Source: Amphiscolops sp. MND2022
Lineage: Eukaryota
Assembly: GCA_964187785.1 (NCBI GenBank)
Contig: OZ076409.1
Coordinates: forward strand, 55,306,001-55,370,000
Direction of reading: 5' to 3'
DNA: 64,000 bases
Shown here: positions 48,301-60,300 of the stretch, piece after piece
Layout: each line of letters opens with the position of its first letter
How positions within the stretch are numbered: the stretch's first letter is position 1
The notes under the pieces: generated by a model
Seen by the model: the letters and a program-made list of their open reading frames with translations, nothing else
The model's database searches: none
Told to the model about the DNA's origin: nothing
Position numbers and translations under genes: made by a program

Positions 48301-51300
48301 GTATAAACTTTCAAAAGTAGTATGAAACGGTCAAAAATTGAACAGTTTTGAATTTTTGCGTAAAGCGACAATTCGTCCCAAGCGGCGATGCATCCAAAAA
48401 GAAACAATTCCAAAAAGCGACAAATCGTCCAAAACGTGAATTCGTACCAATTTTGAGAAGGTGACAATTCGTTCGGAAATAAAAAGAATCAGGAATTATT
48501 ACATTTAGAGGCAGGTACTTAAAATTAAAGATCAATTAATAGGGTCTCGTTTTGGCAAATTGGATACTTTCTTTTCACATTTTTCAGTATTTCAAGCAAA
48601 ATGCAATACTCAATCATGTCTACTCTTAGAACTATTTGTTCAATTCTTTGGTTTGAATCTTCTTGTTGATTAGCTGTTGATTTAAACAATTTGGGACGAA
48701 TTGTCGCGTTTTACGGTTGGGGCGAAATGAGACAAACTGCCTCTTGGAACGAATTGATGCTTTTTGGAATTCGGGACGAATTGTCACCAACCGAATCACT
48801 TTGTTTATTTCTTATAATTTGAGAATTATTGAGTTTTTGTAGAATTTGGATGTTTTGGCAAGCAGCATGAAATGGTCATTTCCACCGGATTGCAAGAAGT
48901 TGAAGAAAAGTCACCAAAACAATCGCGTTTCATTCCTTTATTCCATTAATCGACGACTAAAAACAACCGAACAGATTCCAGAAGCTAAGGAAAACTGATT
49001 ATTTTGACAATGGTTCTCAGGGATTCCTAAAAATACAATTGTGATAATCCTCTCTTGAACGGTCTTCGTTTACGATACAGTTTCGTCTAAGTCAAGCTTT
49101 GAATGGCAATTGGTTCCATCGGCGTTCTAAGTTTGTTTATTTCTGACGGCTGAAAAGATTACCCTGTATTTGATTTTCGGTATCAGATTCGTTTATTTCA
49201 CCGTCATTATTTTTTGTGCATTTTGGTGTTTCTATTCTTGATGTAGTTTGTTCATATATTTTCCTCTTAGAAACTGATTGCATTCTTTAACTGTTCTTCA
49301 CTTCTCTCATCATCTTTTTTAGTTTTCGGATCATTTCTTTCCTCAATTCGGCCATTTTTTGTTTGGTTTATCTGTCAATCTTTGAGTTCTCATTTTGTGT
49401 AGCTAAAATTAAAACTGCTTCTCTGCCTCTAGCTGAACCAACATGTCAAAATTACAAGAGCCTCAATCATAGTTTCATTACTTTGTAACGCTTCTGCTTC
49501 CGAAGCACTTCTTTCTCTTTCAAGTGAGGGCGACTGTCGTCTTCTATACCTTCTGTTTTTTGTGTTTCCCATCTCAGTTAGGTTAAAAAGGTGTTTCGTT
49601 GGACGGAAGAATTCTAATTAAGAATTCCCTCTGAGAAAAAGTTTAGAAGGTTCCCTCTTTGAAAACATCTGCCACGAAACTAAATATTTCGTCAGAAAGT
49701 TTTGAGAAACGACCTGTATTTATGAGTGCAAAATTAGGGCATGGCAACGTTTGGGAAACATCTGACTCAGCGAAACAGGATTTCTCTCTCATATGGTAAA
49801 TGGGAGGAAGATACTACGCCCCTTTTTTGAGCTTCTAAGCTCGAATGAACAATCTTTCACGTACCTTGCACGTGCACTCATAGGATCCGATGTAGTTAGT
49901 GCATGTGGCGTGCTCTGGACATGTTGTTTCATCGTCACACTCGTCAATATCTGCAAAACGTGAAGCATTTTGAAAAAAATTCTTGAATTGATTCGCCTGA
50001 AATGGGATTCTGACTACTCTTGTTTCGGAAGTGTAAAGAAAACCATTGTTTCTTTTTTAAGGTTTTTTAAGGGGGAGGGGGCAGGGCATATTCAGAATTT
50101 GATTTTGACAACAAAATTGGTTAAATCGCTTCTCATTTACATATTACAATTCTGGTTTTGAGCAAAAAAATCATTGATTTCTGTTGGTAAATAAATATAC
50201 CATCTTTACCATCTATACACCATGCAGAAGGTCTCTATATACCAAGATCACTCAATATTTCCGGGAGCAGAATTTTATGAAGTATCAAGAAGCGAGTGGA
50301 CGATACAGCTTATTCAAAACTTTGATTTTAGATCACAATATAATGGAGAAGCAGAACATTATCTCGGCATTTGAGGTCTTTGCTGTGTTTTTGATCTCTC
50401 AATTCTTTTTTCTGGAATTTCTGGAATCATGGAATGTATTATCTGAACCAAAAATGACTCAGAAGAGGTAAGTTCCAGAAGAAGAGCATGCTCACTGGCC
50501 AGTCTGCTTCCCCACGATGTAGATTCACTTCAAATTAACTCTAGCTCTTCTATGCTTCTATTTTAATACGATTATTTTGGTCGAAAAGCACCAAATAGTT
50601 CGTAGTCAATGTTTTGTCACTAGCCTTCGCATATGTAAGTCAGAACACCGTCGACTTCTTTCAAGACTTGAGTGTGGTACTTGTTGCATATACAGTCTCT
50701 GAGTCCCCCCTCATCGAAAGAACACTCCCCCGAGGTAGAGTTGGTACAATCCATAGGAATGCAGTCTGTTGTCATGTCATCTTTACATGTGCATCGCTCC
50801 GTGCAGTCATCGTGGACAAACTCGTCGTCGGCCTGGAAAAATATTTTATTTAAAGTTTATTACTGGATGCTGACATCATCAACTTGTCGGTAGGTATAAA
50901 TGGCTCAAAACTTTTAGTTACAAAATTTGCAAACATGGGATCTTTCAATGCAAATGGACACAGAACTGAAACTGAAGAAGCGAATAAGGGTTGTTTGAAA
51001 AACTAAAACTGTTGGTTTACATTTTGACAGTTGATTTCAAAGGTAGTATAAAAAACTACAACTGCTGCCTCAAATTCAGACAGTCTCTAGAGAGGGCTTT
51101 TGACTTCTTGAAACTATTAAGTATTTGCCGGCAAATTCTGACTTACTGTTTAGGCTTTATTGATTGAGAAACAATGATCTTTCAGACTTTGTTCACAAGG
51201 CCTTAGTAGCTTAGTTGTAGTAGTGATGAATCACCATATTCTCCCACGCCTTGAACTAACAGGTTCAAAATGGCAAGAGGGGGGAAGCAATTGGCGTAGT

Positions 51301-54300
51301 TACTGAAACAAAGTCAATTAAGAACTGCTGAAAAAACAGCTGATGATTATAAAGAAACTCCAATAATGGTATGAGATGAATGAATGAATGTGTGAGCACC
51401 AGGAAGACATCGGCTTTAATGCTAAGATGCTCAGAACAAATAAACAATCTAGGAAGGCGATAATGTAACTAAAAGAATGACTGACAAGTGATTATGATTA
51501 CAAGCTTCCGAATAAAATGAATTGAATTGCCAGTAAGCAACCTTTTAAAGGGGTAATTTCCTCAGTTTAACAATGGGTCTGTTGCTGACCCATTTTGCAG
51601 TTTCAACTTCCACTACACGTGTGCGGGTATCGTTTCCTTTGAAAAGTTTGGTAATTCGAGCGAGAGGCCAATCAAGAACTCGACAATTATCCTCCGCTAC
51701 TAGTACAAGGTCTCCTATGTTGAAGCTGTTACTATCGTTCAACCATTTTTTTCTAACTTGCAGAGAGGTAATGTAATTTCGATGCCATTCTTTCCAAAAC
51801 TGGTTTCTTATAGTCTGCATTTGCTGAAAATCTCTGAGGTTGCCCAAACGAATTGTCTTTTTGGAATTCAGGTCAGGAATTAGGTTGATTGGCGAGCCAA
51901 TTAAAAAATGTCCTGGAGTTAGAGCGCTCAAATCATTAGGGTCAGTGGAAAGGGCTGTCAATGGTCTCGAATTCAGCATGCATTCGATTTGTGTGATTAA
52001 GGTTGTGAAATGCTCAATTAGTAGGATATGCTTCTTCATGACTTTTCGAAGATGATGTTTCATGGACTTGATTGATGTCTCCCAAAGACCTCCAAAATGT
52101 GGTGCATGTACTGGTATAACTAACCATTCGATTGCTTTTGCTGATAAGTTCTGCTTCATGTGTCGATTGAAAGCATCAATTTCAAAAGTGTTGTCTAAGT
52201 CTGTTCTGGAGGCGAGAAAATTAGTTGCATTATCAGAGAAGATTTTTGCTGGTCGGCCTCGCCGGGCGCAAAAACGTGCAATTGCTGCTAGACACGCTTC
52301 TTCATGTAGAGATGTAACAACCTCTAAATGACATGCTTTCGTAGACATACAAACAAAAAGACAAACGTAAACTTTCACAGGGTCCTTCACAGTGGGAGAA
52401 AACCTTACTAAAAAAGGTCCAGTAAAATCCATTCCAATGTCATTGAAAGCACGAAATGCTGAAATCCTTTCCACGGGAAGATCACCCATAAGTCGAAATG
52501 GCTCGGTACAAGTGAATCGACTACAGGTCACACAATTTTTTATGTAAGATTTGATCAAGGGCTTGGCAGCTACTATCCAATACTTTTGCCTAATTGTGTT
52601 CAGAACTAAATCAACTCCACCATGTAAAGTATCGAAATGAGCATCTGCAATTAACATTTTGGCAATTATCGAATCCTTCGAAATCAAAACAGGATGTTTC
52701 TTCAGTTCTGAAAAGTCACCTTGGGTCAAACGACCACCAACTCGAACTAATTTAGTGGCAGGGTCTAGAAATGGAGCAAGATTTTTGTAAGAATTACTAT
52801 TAGGTAAAATATCTTGACTCTGTAACAGGGCAATTTCATCTTTCAAGTCATTCGATTGAATGAGTTGTAAAAGTTTGATGGAGGCGGAATGAATGTCTGG
52901 AACATTTGGAATGTAGTGACCGCGTTGTTTTGTTTTGATCAAATTTAAAAAGCGTAAAATGTAACAAAAAACTCTAACCATTTTTCTAAAGCTAGTGAAT
53001 CTGTCAAAATCGAGAAAAGCAAAATTTGATTGAAGGTGGCTGGTTTGACAAGTCGAAATAATAGCCTCGTCTGTTTGATTTGAGAAAATACCAGCTGGAG
53101 TAATTGGAGAATGTGGCCATGACGACTTTTCGGATAACCAAGATGGTCCGTGCCACCACAATGACATGTCTGCAATTTTGTCTGCAGGGACTCCACGAGA
53201 GCAAATATCAGCTGGGTTTTCTTCACCGACAACATGATTCCATTTTTCAAATGGCAAAAAGGATTGAATTTTTGAGATGCGGTTACGAATGAAGGTTTGC
53301 CACGAGCTAGCTGGCTTCGATAACCATGATAAGACAATAGTTGAATCTGTCCAACCGTTGAGAGATAATCTGTCATTAAAGAGAATAACTAAAACTCTGT
53401 GAACTGTTTCAAGAAGATTCACACCGAGAACTGCTGCACAAAGTTCTAGTCGGGGCAAAGAAAGTGATTTAACGGGTGCAACTCTTGTCTTTGAGGCTAT
53501 CAGATGACAACTCTTTGTGTCATCGCAACGGCAAACAGCATAAATGGCAGCCCCGTAAGCTTTCTCTGAGGCATCAGAGAACATGTGAAGTTCAACGTGC
53601 TGTACTGAAGTTTGTCGCTCTGGTAAAAGACAACGAGCAATTGAAAAATTCTTGATAGCACTTAAACTTTGTCGTAGGAACAACCATTCCTGTAAGATAA
53701 GCGGGGGCAATGATTGGTCCCAACCTAATTTGAGTTTCCATAAATCTTGAATGAAGCATTTAAATTTAACAAGTACTGGTGAGAAACAACCGAGAGGATC
53801 AAATAAACTAGTAATTTCAGAAAGCACACCTCTTTTCGTTATCGGGGGTTTGTCTGCAAGCTTAACAGTAAAAACAAAAGAATCGGGATTAGGCCTCCAC
53901 ACAATTCCGAGAGCCTTAATTTTATATTCCTCATCTTGAAAAGTTATATCATCTTTGGTTTCTCGGAGTGTTTCGGGTAATCTTTTGATCAATTCAGGAC
54001 TGTTGGATGTCCACTTCCGTAAAGGGAAGCCACCTGTCTGTAAAGTTTCTATGAGTTGGTCTTGTAAGTCCTTTGCCTCTTCAATATTGGAACAACCGGT
54101 GAGTAAGTCATCTACATACATGTCATTTTCAATAATCCGACGAACTTTTTCGGGCGCAGTTTTGGCTAACTCAAGTAATGACCGAATAGAATGAAAACTA
54201 GAAGAAGTAACGCCGTATGTAACACGTGTCATTCGCAAGTGCTGAATGGGATCTGTGTCTTTCTCACGCCATAAAACCCGATGAAAATCACGGTCAGGTT

Positions 54301-57300
54301 TATGCAAAGCAACTTGGCGATACATTTTTGCTATGTCGGCACTTAGCACAAACTTGTGAAATCGAAGTCGAAGAAGAATGTCAAATAAATCACTCTGAAG
54401 TTTCGGTCCGATCATCAGGTTACTATTCAAAGAATTGTTTAGAGTTGTTTTTGCTGAAGCATCAAACACGACTCGAAGCTTTGTTGTAGTACTGTCAGCC
54501 TTAGTAACAAAATGATGTGGTAAGTAGAAGGATTTAGAAGGTTTGATGTCAATTTCATTTTCCGGGACAACTTCCATGTGACCGAGTGCTAAAAACTCGT
54601 TGATGAAGTCAGTGTATTGTTGTTTTATTTCTGGTAGTTTAGAAAGTCTTTTTTCTAAACTGAGAAACCGTCTCTTGGCGTTTTGTAGAGAATCACCTAA
54701 GTTTGATTCATTTTCTTTGAAAGGCAATTTAACGAAAAATCGTCCACCTTTGTCGCGAGTGGTTGTATCAAGGAAGTGTTGCTCGCATGCCAATTCTTCA
54801 TCAGTGTGTTTCGAAACCTGCGGCGCGTTTTCAAGTTCCCAAAACTTCTGCAAAGAAGTATCCAAGCAATGAAAGGCTTGAACTTGATAACTTGATTTAC
54901 ATTGAGTTTGTCCAATCACAACCCAACCAAAAATTGTTTCGCGTAACGCTAAACCTTTCGAAAGTTCGACTTTTCTCTCAAGAAAAACTTCTTCGAAAAC
55001 ATCGGCCCCCAGAATTAAATCGATGCGACCCGGTGTCTGGAATTGTGGATCGGCATAAACAAAATTGCAATGATTGTCGAACAAACTGATGTCAATATTT
55101 TGCATTGGAATGTTTTGTGTTAATTTGGGAAGAACAAAAGCTGTAACACGCAACGGGTTAACAGAAGAATTATGTATTTGAATGTCTATAGTACCAGAAC
55201 AAGTACTTGTTTTACCACCCAAAGCGGAAACTGTAATTGAGTTACGTTGTTTTGGTAACTGTAATTTCTGAGAAGCATCGTCGGTGATGAAAGATGTCTG
55301 AGAGCCAGAATCTAAAAGAGCCCGCAAGGAAACAATACCGTGTTTACCCTGCACTTGAACTACTGCTGTTGGTAAAATTACTTGTTTGGAACTTGTGGCA
55401 CTGTGAGAGGTAACAATTGTTTCGTCTGTCTCCTGAGCTTCTACTGTAGCTGAATTAGCTTTGAAATCTTTCTTTTGTCGATGAAGAGTTGTGTGATGAG
55501 AACGATTACATTCCTTGCATTTACTAGCACTTGAGCAGTCCTGAAGACGATGTCCGTACCGAAGGCAGTTGAAGCATAATCTTTTTTCTTTTATAAAGTC
55601 TGTCTTTTCGTCAATAGTCAGTCCATTGTACTTAGGACAAGTGTAAAGTCTATGTTCTTGTCCACAACAAAGGCAAGTTTCGATGGACTGTGTTCCTGCA
55701 TAACTTTGATTATGTTGTTGACTGTTCTGTTGCGATTGATTTTTGTGTTCACTGTAAAACTGTTTCGGACTGGGCGTTGATGCTTCGAGGGCATTGCATC
55801 TTGTCTCGATGAATGTTTTTAGTGCTTCGTATGTTTGCAAGCTTGTCCCAGGTGAAGCAATTTCCCATTGCCGTCGAGTTTCTAAATCTAACCGTTCTGT
55901 CACGAGAAAGATAAGAAAGAGATCGTAATGTTCCACCGGCAGACCCAATGTTTGCAAACTTAAACGATGTTGTTCTATTCCTTCAATCAGTTTCCGCAAG
56001 TCGTTGCCGTTGTCGTTTCGCATTTTTGGCAAATCAAAAATACTTTGGACATGAGCTCGAGCAATCATACGTGGGTTGTTGTAACGTTTTTTCAAAACAT
56101 CGAGTGCAGTTTCATAATTATTATCCGTTACAGTAAAAGAGGACAAAAGTTTGGCGGCGTCAGCTGTTAATGAAGCTTTCAAATATTGCAGTTTTTGTGA
56201 ATTGGTTAAAGTAGAATTTGAATCAACGGAGCTGGTAAAAAGATCAAAAAAAGACGTCCAGTTTTTGTAATTGCCACTGAAAGTAGGAAGATTCAATTTT
56301 GGTAATCTTGTATTGTTCCTGTTTGCATTACTGTTCATTGTATGTGAGGAGGCAGAAGTGCTAACGCCAGTAGATTCGGCGGTTTGGTTGAAATTATGAA
56401 GGAAACGTTTTATTGTGTCGATATTGATGAAAATTTGATCATTCAAGTCAGCAGAAGATGTTATTGCTGCTTCAATCTCATCGATTTGTAAAGAGGCATG
56501 TATTTGGGAATCCAATGCTTGAATTTCGCTCAAACGTTTTTCCATTAGCGCTATAATCTGACTGAGGCGGTTACTTTGAGCCGTTGTAATACTAGCTGAA
56601 TCCATGATGTTTCGGGCCTCATTGAAATATCGTGTGCACAAGCCACGATATGCACTTCTAGACCGGGTGTTAACATCACCCATTTTTGAAAAGAAATATA
56701 ACTAACTTCGACAAATGGTAAAATATGAACTTCTTGACTTTAGTATCTGGCTTTAGTATCTGACTTTAAGGAGATTTTAACAACTGTAAAGGGAAATAAA
56801 CTCTGTAGAATAACTTGTGACTTTTCGAAAGGGAGAGCAAAAAAGTGCAATGAAAAGAAAAAAAAACTTAGCTTTTATACTGTGAAGACTCGTTTGAAGA
56901 TCTGCTGCTGGGTAGATTCTGTAGCTTTTTGCGGCACCATAATATAGAGAGGGCTTTTGACTTCTTGAAACTATTAAGTATTTGCCGGCAAATTCTGACT
57001 TACTGTTTAGGCTTTATTGATTGAGAAACAATGATCTTTCAGACTTTGTTCACAAGGCCTTAGTAGCTTAGTTGTAGTAGTGATGAATCACCAGTCTCTG
57101 AATCTAGACAGTCTCTGAATCTAGACAGTCTCTGAATTCAGACAGTCTCTGAATCTAGCCTTCGACAGTTGAATTCAAAGGGTAGTATAAAAAACTACAA
57201 TTGTTGCCTTAGATTCAGACAGTCTTAGGGTTTTTATTTACGAGTCAAAAATTAGTCTCACGTATATAATATTGTTGAAACTCAAGGTATAAATGTTAAC

Positions 57301-60300
57301 AGGGAATGTAATACTGTATTCAAATTGTATGTATCATATGAATGATACTATTATACAGTTAGCAGTGTTGGCAGGTACTTTATGTAATGATAATATAGGT
57401 CATCTTAATTATGTAATATAAATATCAGACTGACCTCTAAGCTCCATGCCACAAATAGTATATACGTGAGACTAAATTTTGACTCGTGAATAAAACCAGA
57501 ATACAACTTCGAAACAAATTAATCCGCGTTAGGGAACATTGAATAGTTTGAATTCAAAGGTCTGAATCTAAGGCAACAATTGTAGTTTTTTGAAAAACCT
57601 TTTGAATTCAACTGTCACCAGAGCCGCATGTGCGGTAAAGGAGTCGGCTTAGGTCTTTTTCCATCTGATTCGCTCGAATCCCAGTCATACCATTTTGATG
57701 AAATTGTACATATTAAGCCATGATGGAGTGTAGAAAGTCTCCATAAAAGGTCTTTCAAATCGTAAAGTTTTTGAGAAGTGAAAAATCCAAAAATGGCTGT
57801 TTTTCGGTCATGTTTGGGCTAATTGTGGCCATGTTTCTCACATCCCAGTCATACGATTTTGATGCCACTGGACACTCAGGAGCTCCTTTGGGTGTAGAAT
57901 GACTATGCAAAATGTTATGGAAATCGTATGGACAGTAATTTGAAAATTTCATTAGAAGGTCGGGAGAAAAGAAACGATTGCATAAGTCCGACTCCTAAAA
58001 ATGTACACCAACAGTTTTAGTTTTTCAAACAACCCTTATTCGCTTCTTCAGTTTCAGTTCTGTGTCCATTTGCCATTGAAAGATCCCATGTTTTTTCACT
58101 CTATTAATTTTGTATTATGAGCAGGAAACGAAAATTTAGGCTGAAAATCTTCAAATTAGGCTACCTTTTAAGGCAGAATTGACTCGAATTAGGCAGAAAA
58201 AGTATTTTGTAGGCAAAACTGAACTCTCGCAGAAGTTTGCAATTGTATTCCACAAACATGAGTTTGAATACAGTTTCGTCTGTCTTTGAGGTCTGTCATT
58301 GACGACCGAATGAAGAATAGAAAAGAAACGTTCCACTTCGACAGAAGTACATGGGGGCAAAATAATAAATGCCAATCAGAGAAGGATCAGAAATGCCATC
58401 TCTGCGTGCCATTTTGTTGATCTCCCATAATTCTTCGCTTTTTTGCCATGAGATCTTTAGCTTTTTTTGCATAAGTATAATGAGAAAAATGGCAATCACG
58501 CGTCATCTATATATGTGTATTTCTGAGAAATGTGGGTGGTTTTAGGCAAAAAACAGGCTAATTAGGCAATTTAGGCAATGTTAGGCTGCGCCTAAATTTT
58601 CGTTTCCTGATTATGAGGAAGTGGAATACTCCAGTTCCTCATAATACAAAATTAATAGAGTGAAAAAAATCAACTGGGAGCAGAGCAGTAAGCAGAAATA
58701 TCATTCGTAATATCATAGAAAACATATTTCCCAAACTTTGGTTACAGTGGTAAGATGCCAATAAGTGCGCTATAGATACCTTGTAAACATTGCCAGAGTA
58801 GCGACATCCACAGTTGGATTGTTCCACACACTCATCTCCCAGCCGGTACAGGCCAGGAGGACACTCACAGGTGTCATAACACGTGGTGGCCGGTTCACAC
58901 GCATAGATGTCATTAGTACAACTGTCGGGACACATCTGTGACCCACATTCTGTTCGCACCAGAGGAGCGTCACACAATTTGCCTGTCGACCATAACACAG
59001 GATGTAGATTTTCTATCAAGGACTACAGTTTTTGGAGAGAATTATAATGGTAGTATTGTAGTTGGAAAATTCACAGAAGCGAATCCAATATGAGGAAACG
59101 ACAATGGAAAAAATGTCAAAAAAGAGCTATTAATCTGAATTGGCTGCTCTGCTTTGCTCTCATTTTTAAATCTTGATTGAGTTAACTTGCCATCAATCAA
59201 ATTTCGGATACAACAAATACAGATTTTCAGACTCAAATACATTTATTAGAAAATTGAAATTGAAATTTTCGAAGAAGTTCAAAACTTTGAGAAACAAGTC
59301 AAAATGTATAACCAATAACAGACTATAAATGAAAACTGATTAATAACTAAATTTTGCTGCAAAAAAGGAGACTTCAGATTGTAGATATGACGCAGAAAAA
59401 TTCTTTGATAATGTATGCTTTATAATGAGAGAAACACGTATATAAAGAATGATTCTCGCTGCAGTCCTGATAATGGTCTAATGGTGAAATGATTGACAGA
59501 AGTATGTATCATCTCTGGGTAGAAGAAAAGTCCTTTATATAAGAGGGGGATATTTGAGTTGATTTAGTAGGCTTGGGGTTTTTTTTGAGTTCTTATTTGA
59601 ATCCAACGGGATTTATCATGAGCTTCGTAAGTCTTCGAACTTCGAACAATGCGTGCGAGCAGTTTGTTTCCAACTCTTATGAAAAACGTGTGAAAATAGC
59701 ATTAACAACCTTCTGTCGTTTTCAAATAGAAATTAGACGCGAGACCACTAACATTCAATCAAGGACTCCCAGTCGGGATAGAGCGTGGATTCTCGTTCTC
59801 TACACTTCGCAATGTAGGCTTTCACAGTCGTACACACGTCTTGCAGTTTACACACGTCAATGATGCACCTAAAATATCATCTTGATTTGGGTTTTTCCGA
59901 TATTTGCTAAACCGTTCATTTCGAAGTCAATGATCTGGTGAAAAAAATTTTCTCAAGCCTTTAAAACATGCGACCTTTACCGAGAAAAATGCGGATTTTT
60001 TTTTGGAATGAGCAAGAATAAAACATGGCAAAGAAACTTGAATTTTCGAAATTTTCGGTTGTAGTAATTGTTGGCCGCTATTATTAATCACTAATTGAAT
60101 TGTTATTTTCATGTTATTTGAGTACAAGTTTCGAGAGTTTTTTGTGAGTTAGAATTTTTACGACAATCGTAGGGGAATGAATCAGGTGTGCAGTGTCTAT
60201 TTTTTGCGGAGAAAAACAGTGTTTGACATCAGAGAAACTTCAAAATGACACAAGTGAGTCGGAAAGTAAAAAACTTGAAAATTTAAAGGTTCTTGTGCAA

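Larger units (their letters stand above)
51088..57093 (-). mobile_element. Full-length BEL/Pao LTR retrotransposon (element 2), 6.0 kb, with short identical LTRs
   Basis: 149-bp direct repeats at 51088-51236 and 56945-57093; 5-bp TSD GTCTC (51083-51087, 57094-57098); PBS-like TGGTGCCG (56932-56939, minus); purine tract GGCGTGGGAGAATA; intact ORF. Confidence 0.96.
50931..58093. mobile_element. Composite element bounded by ~95-bp inverted repeats and hosting BEL/Pao element 2
   Basis: 50931-51025 is the reverse complement of 57998-58093 (about 2 differences); no clear TSD. Confidence 0.7.
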
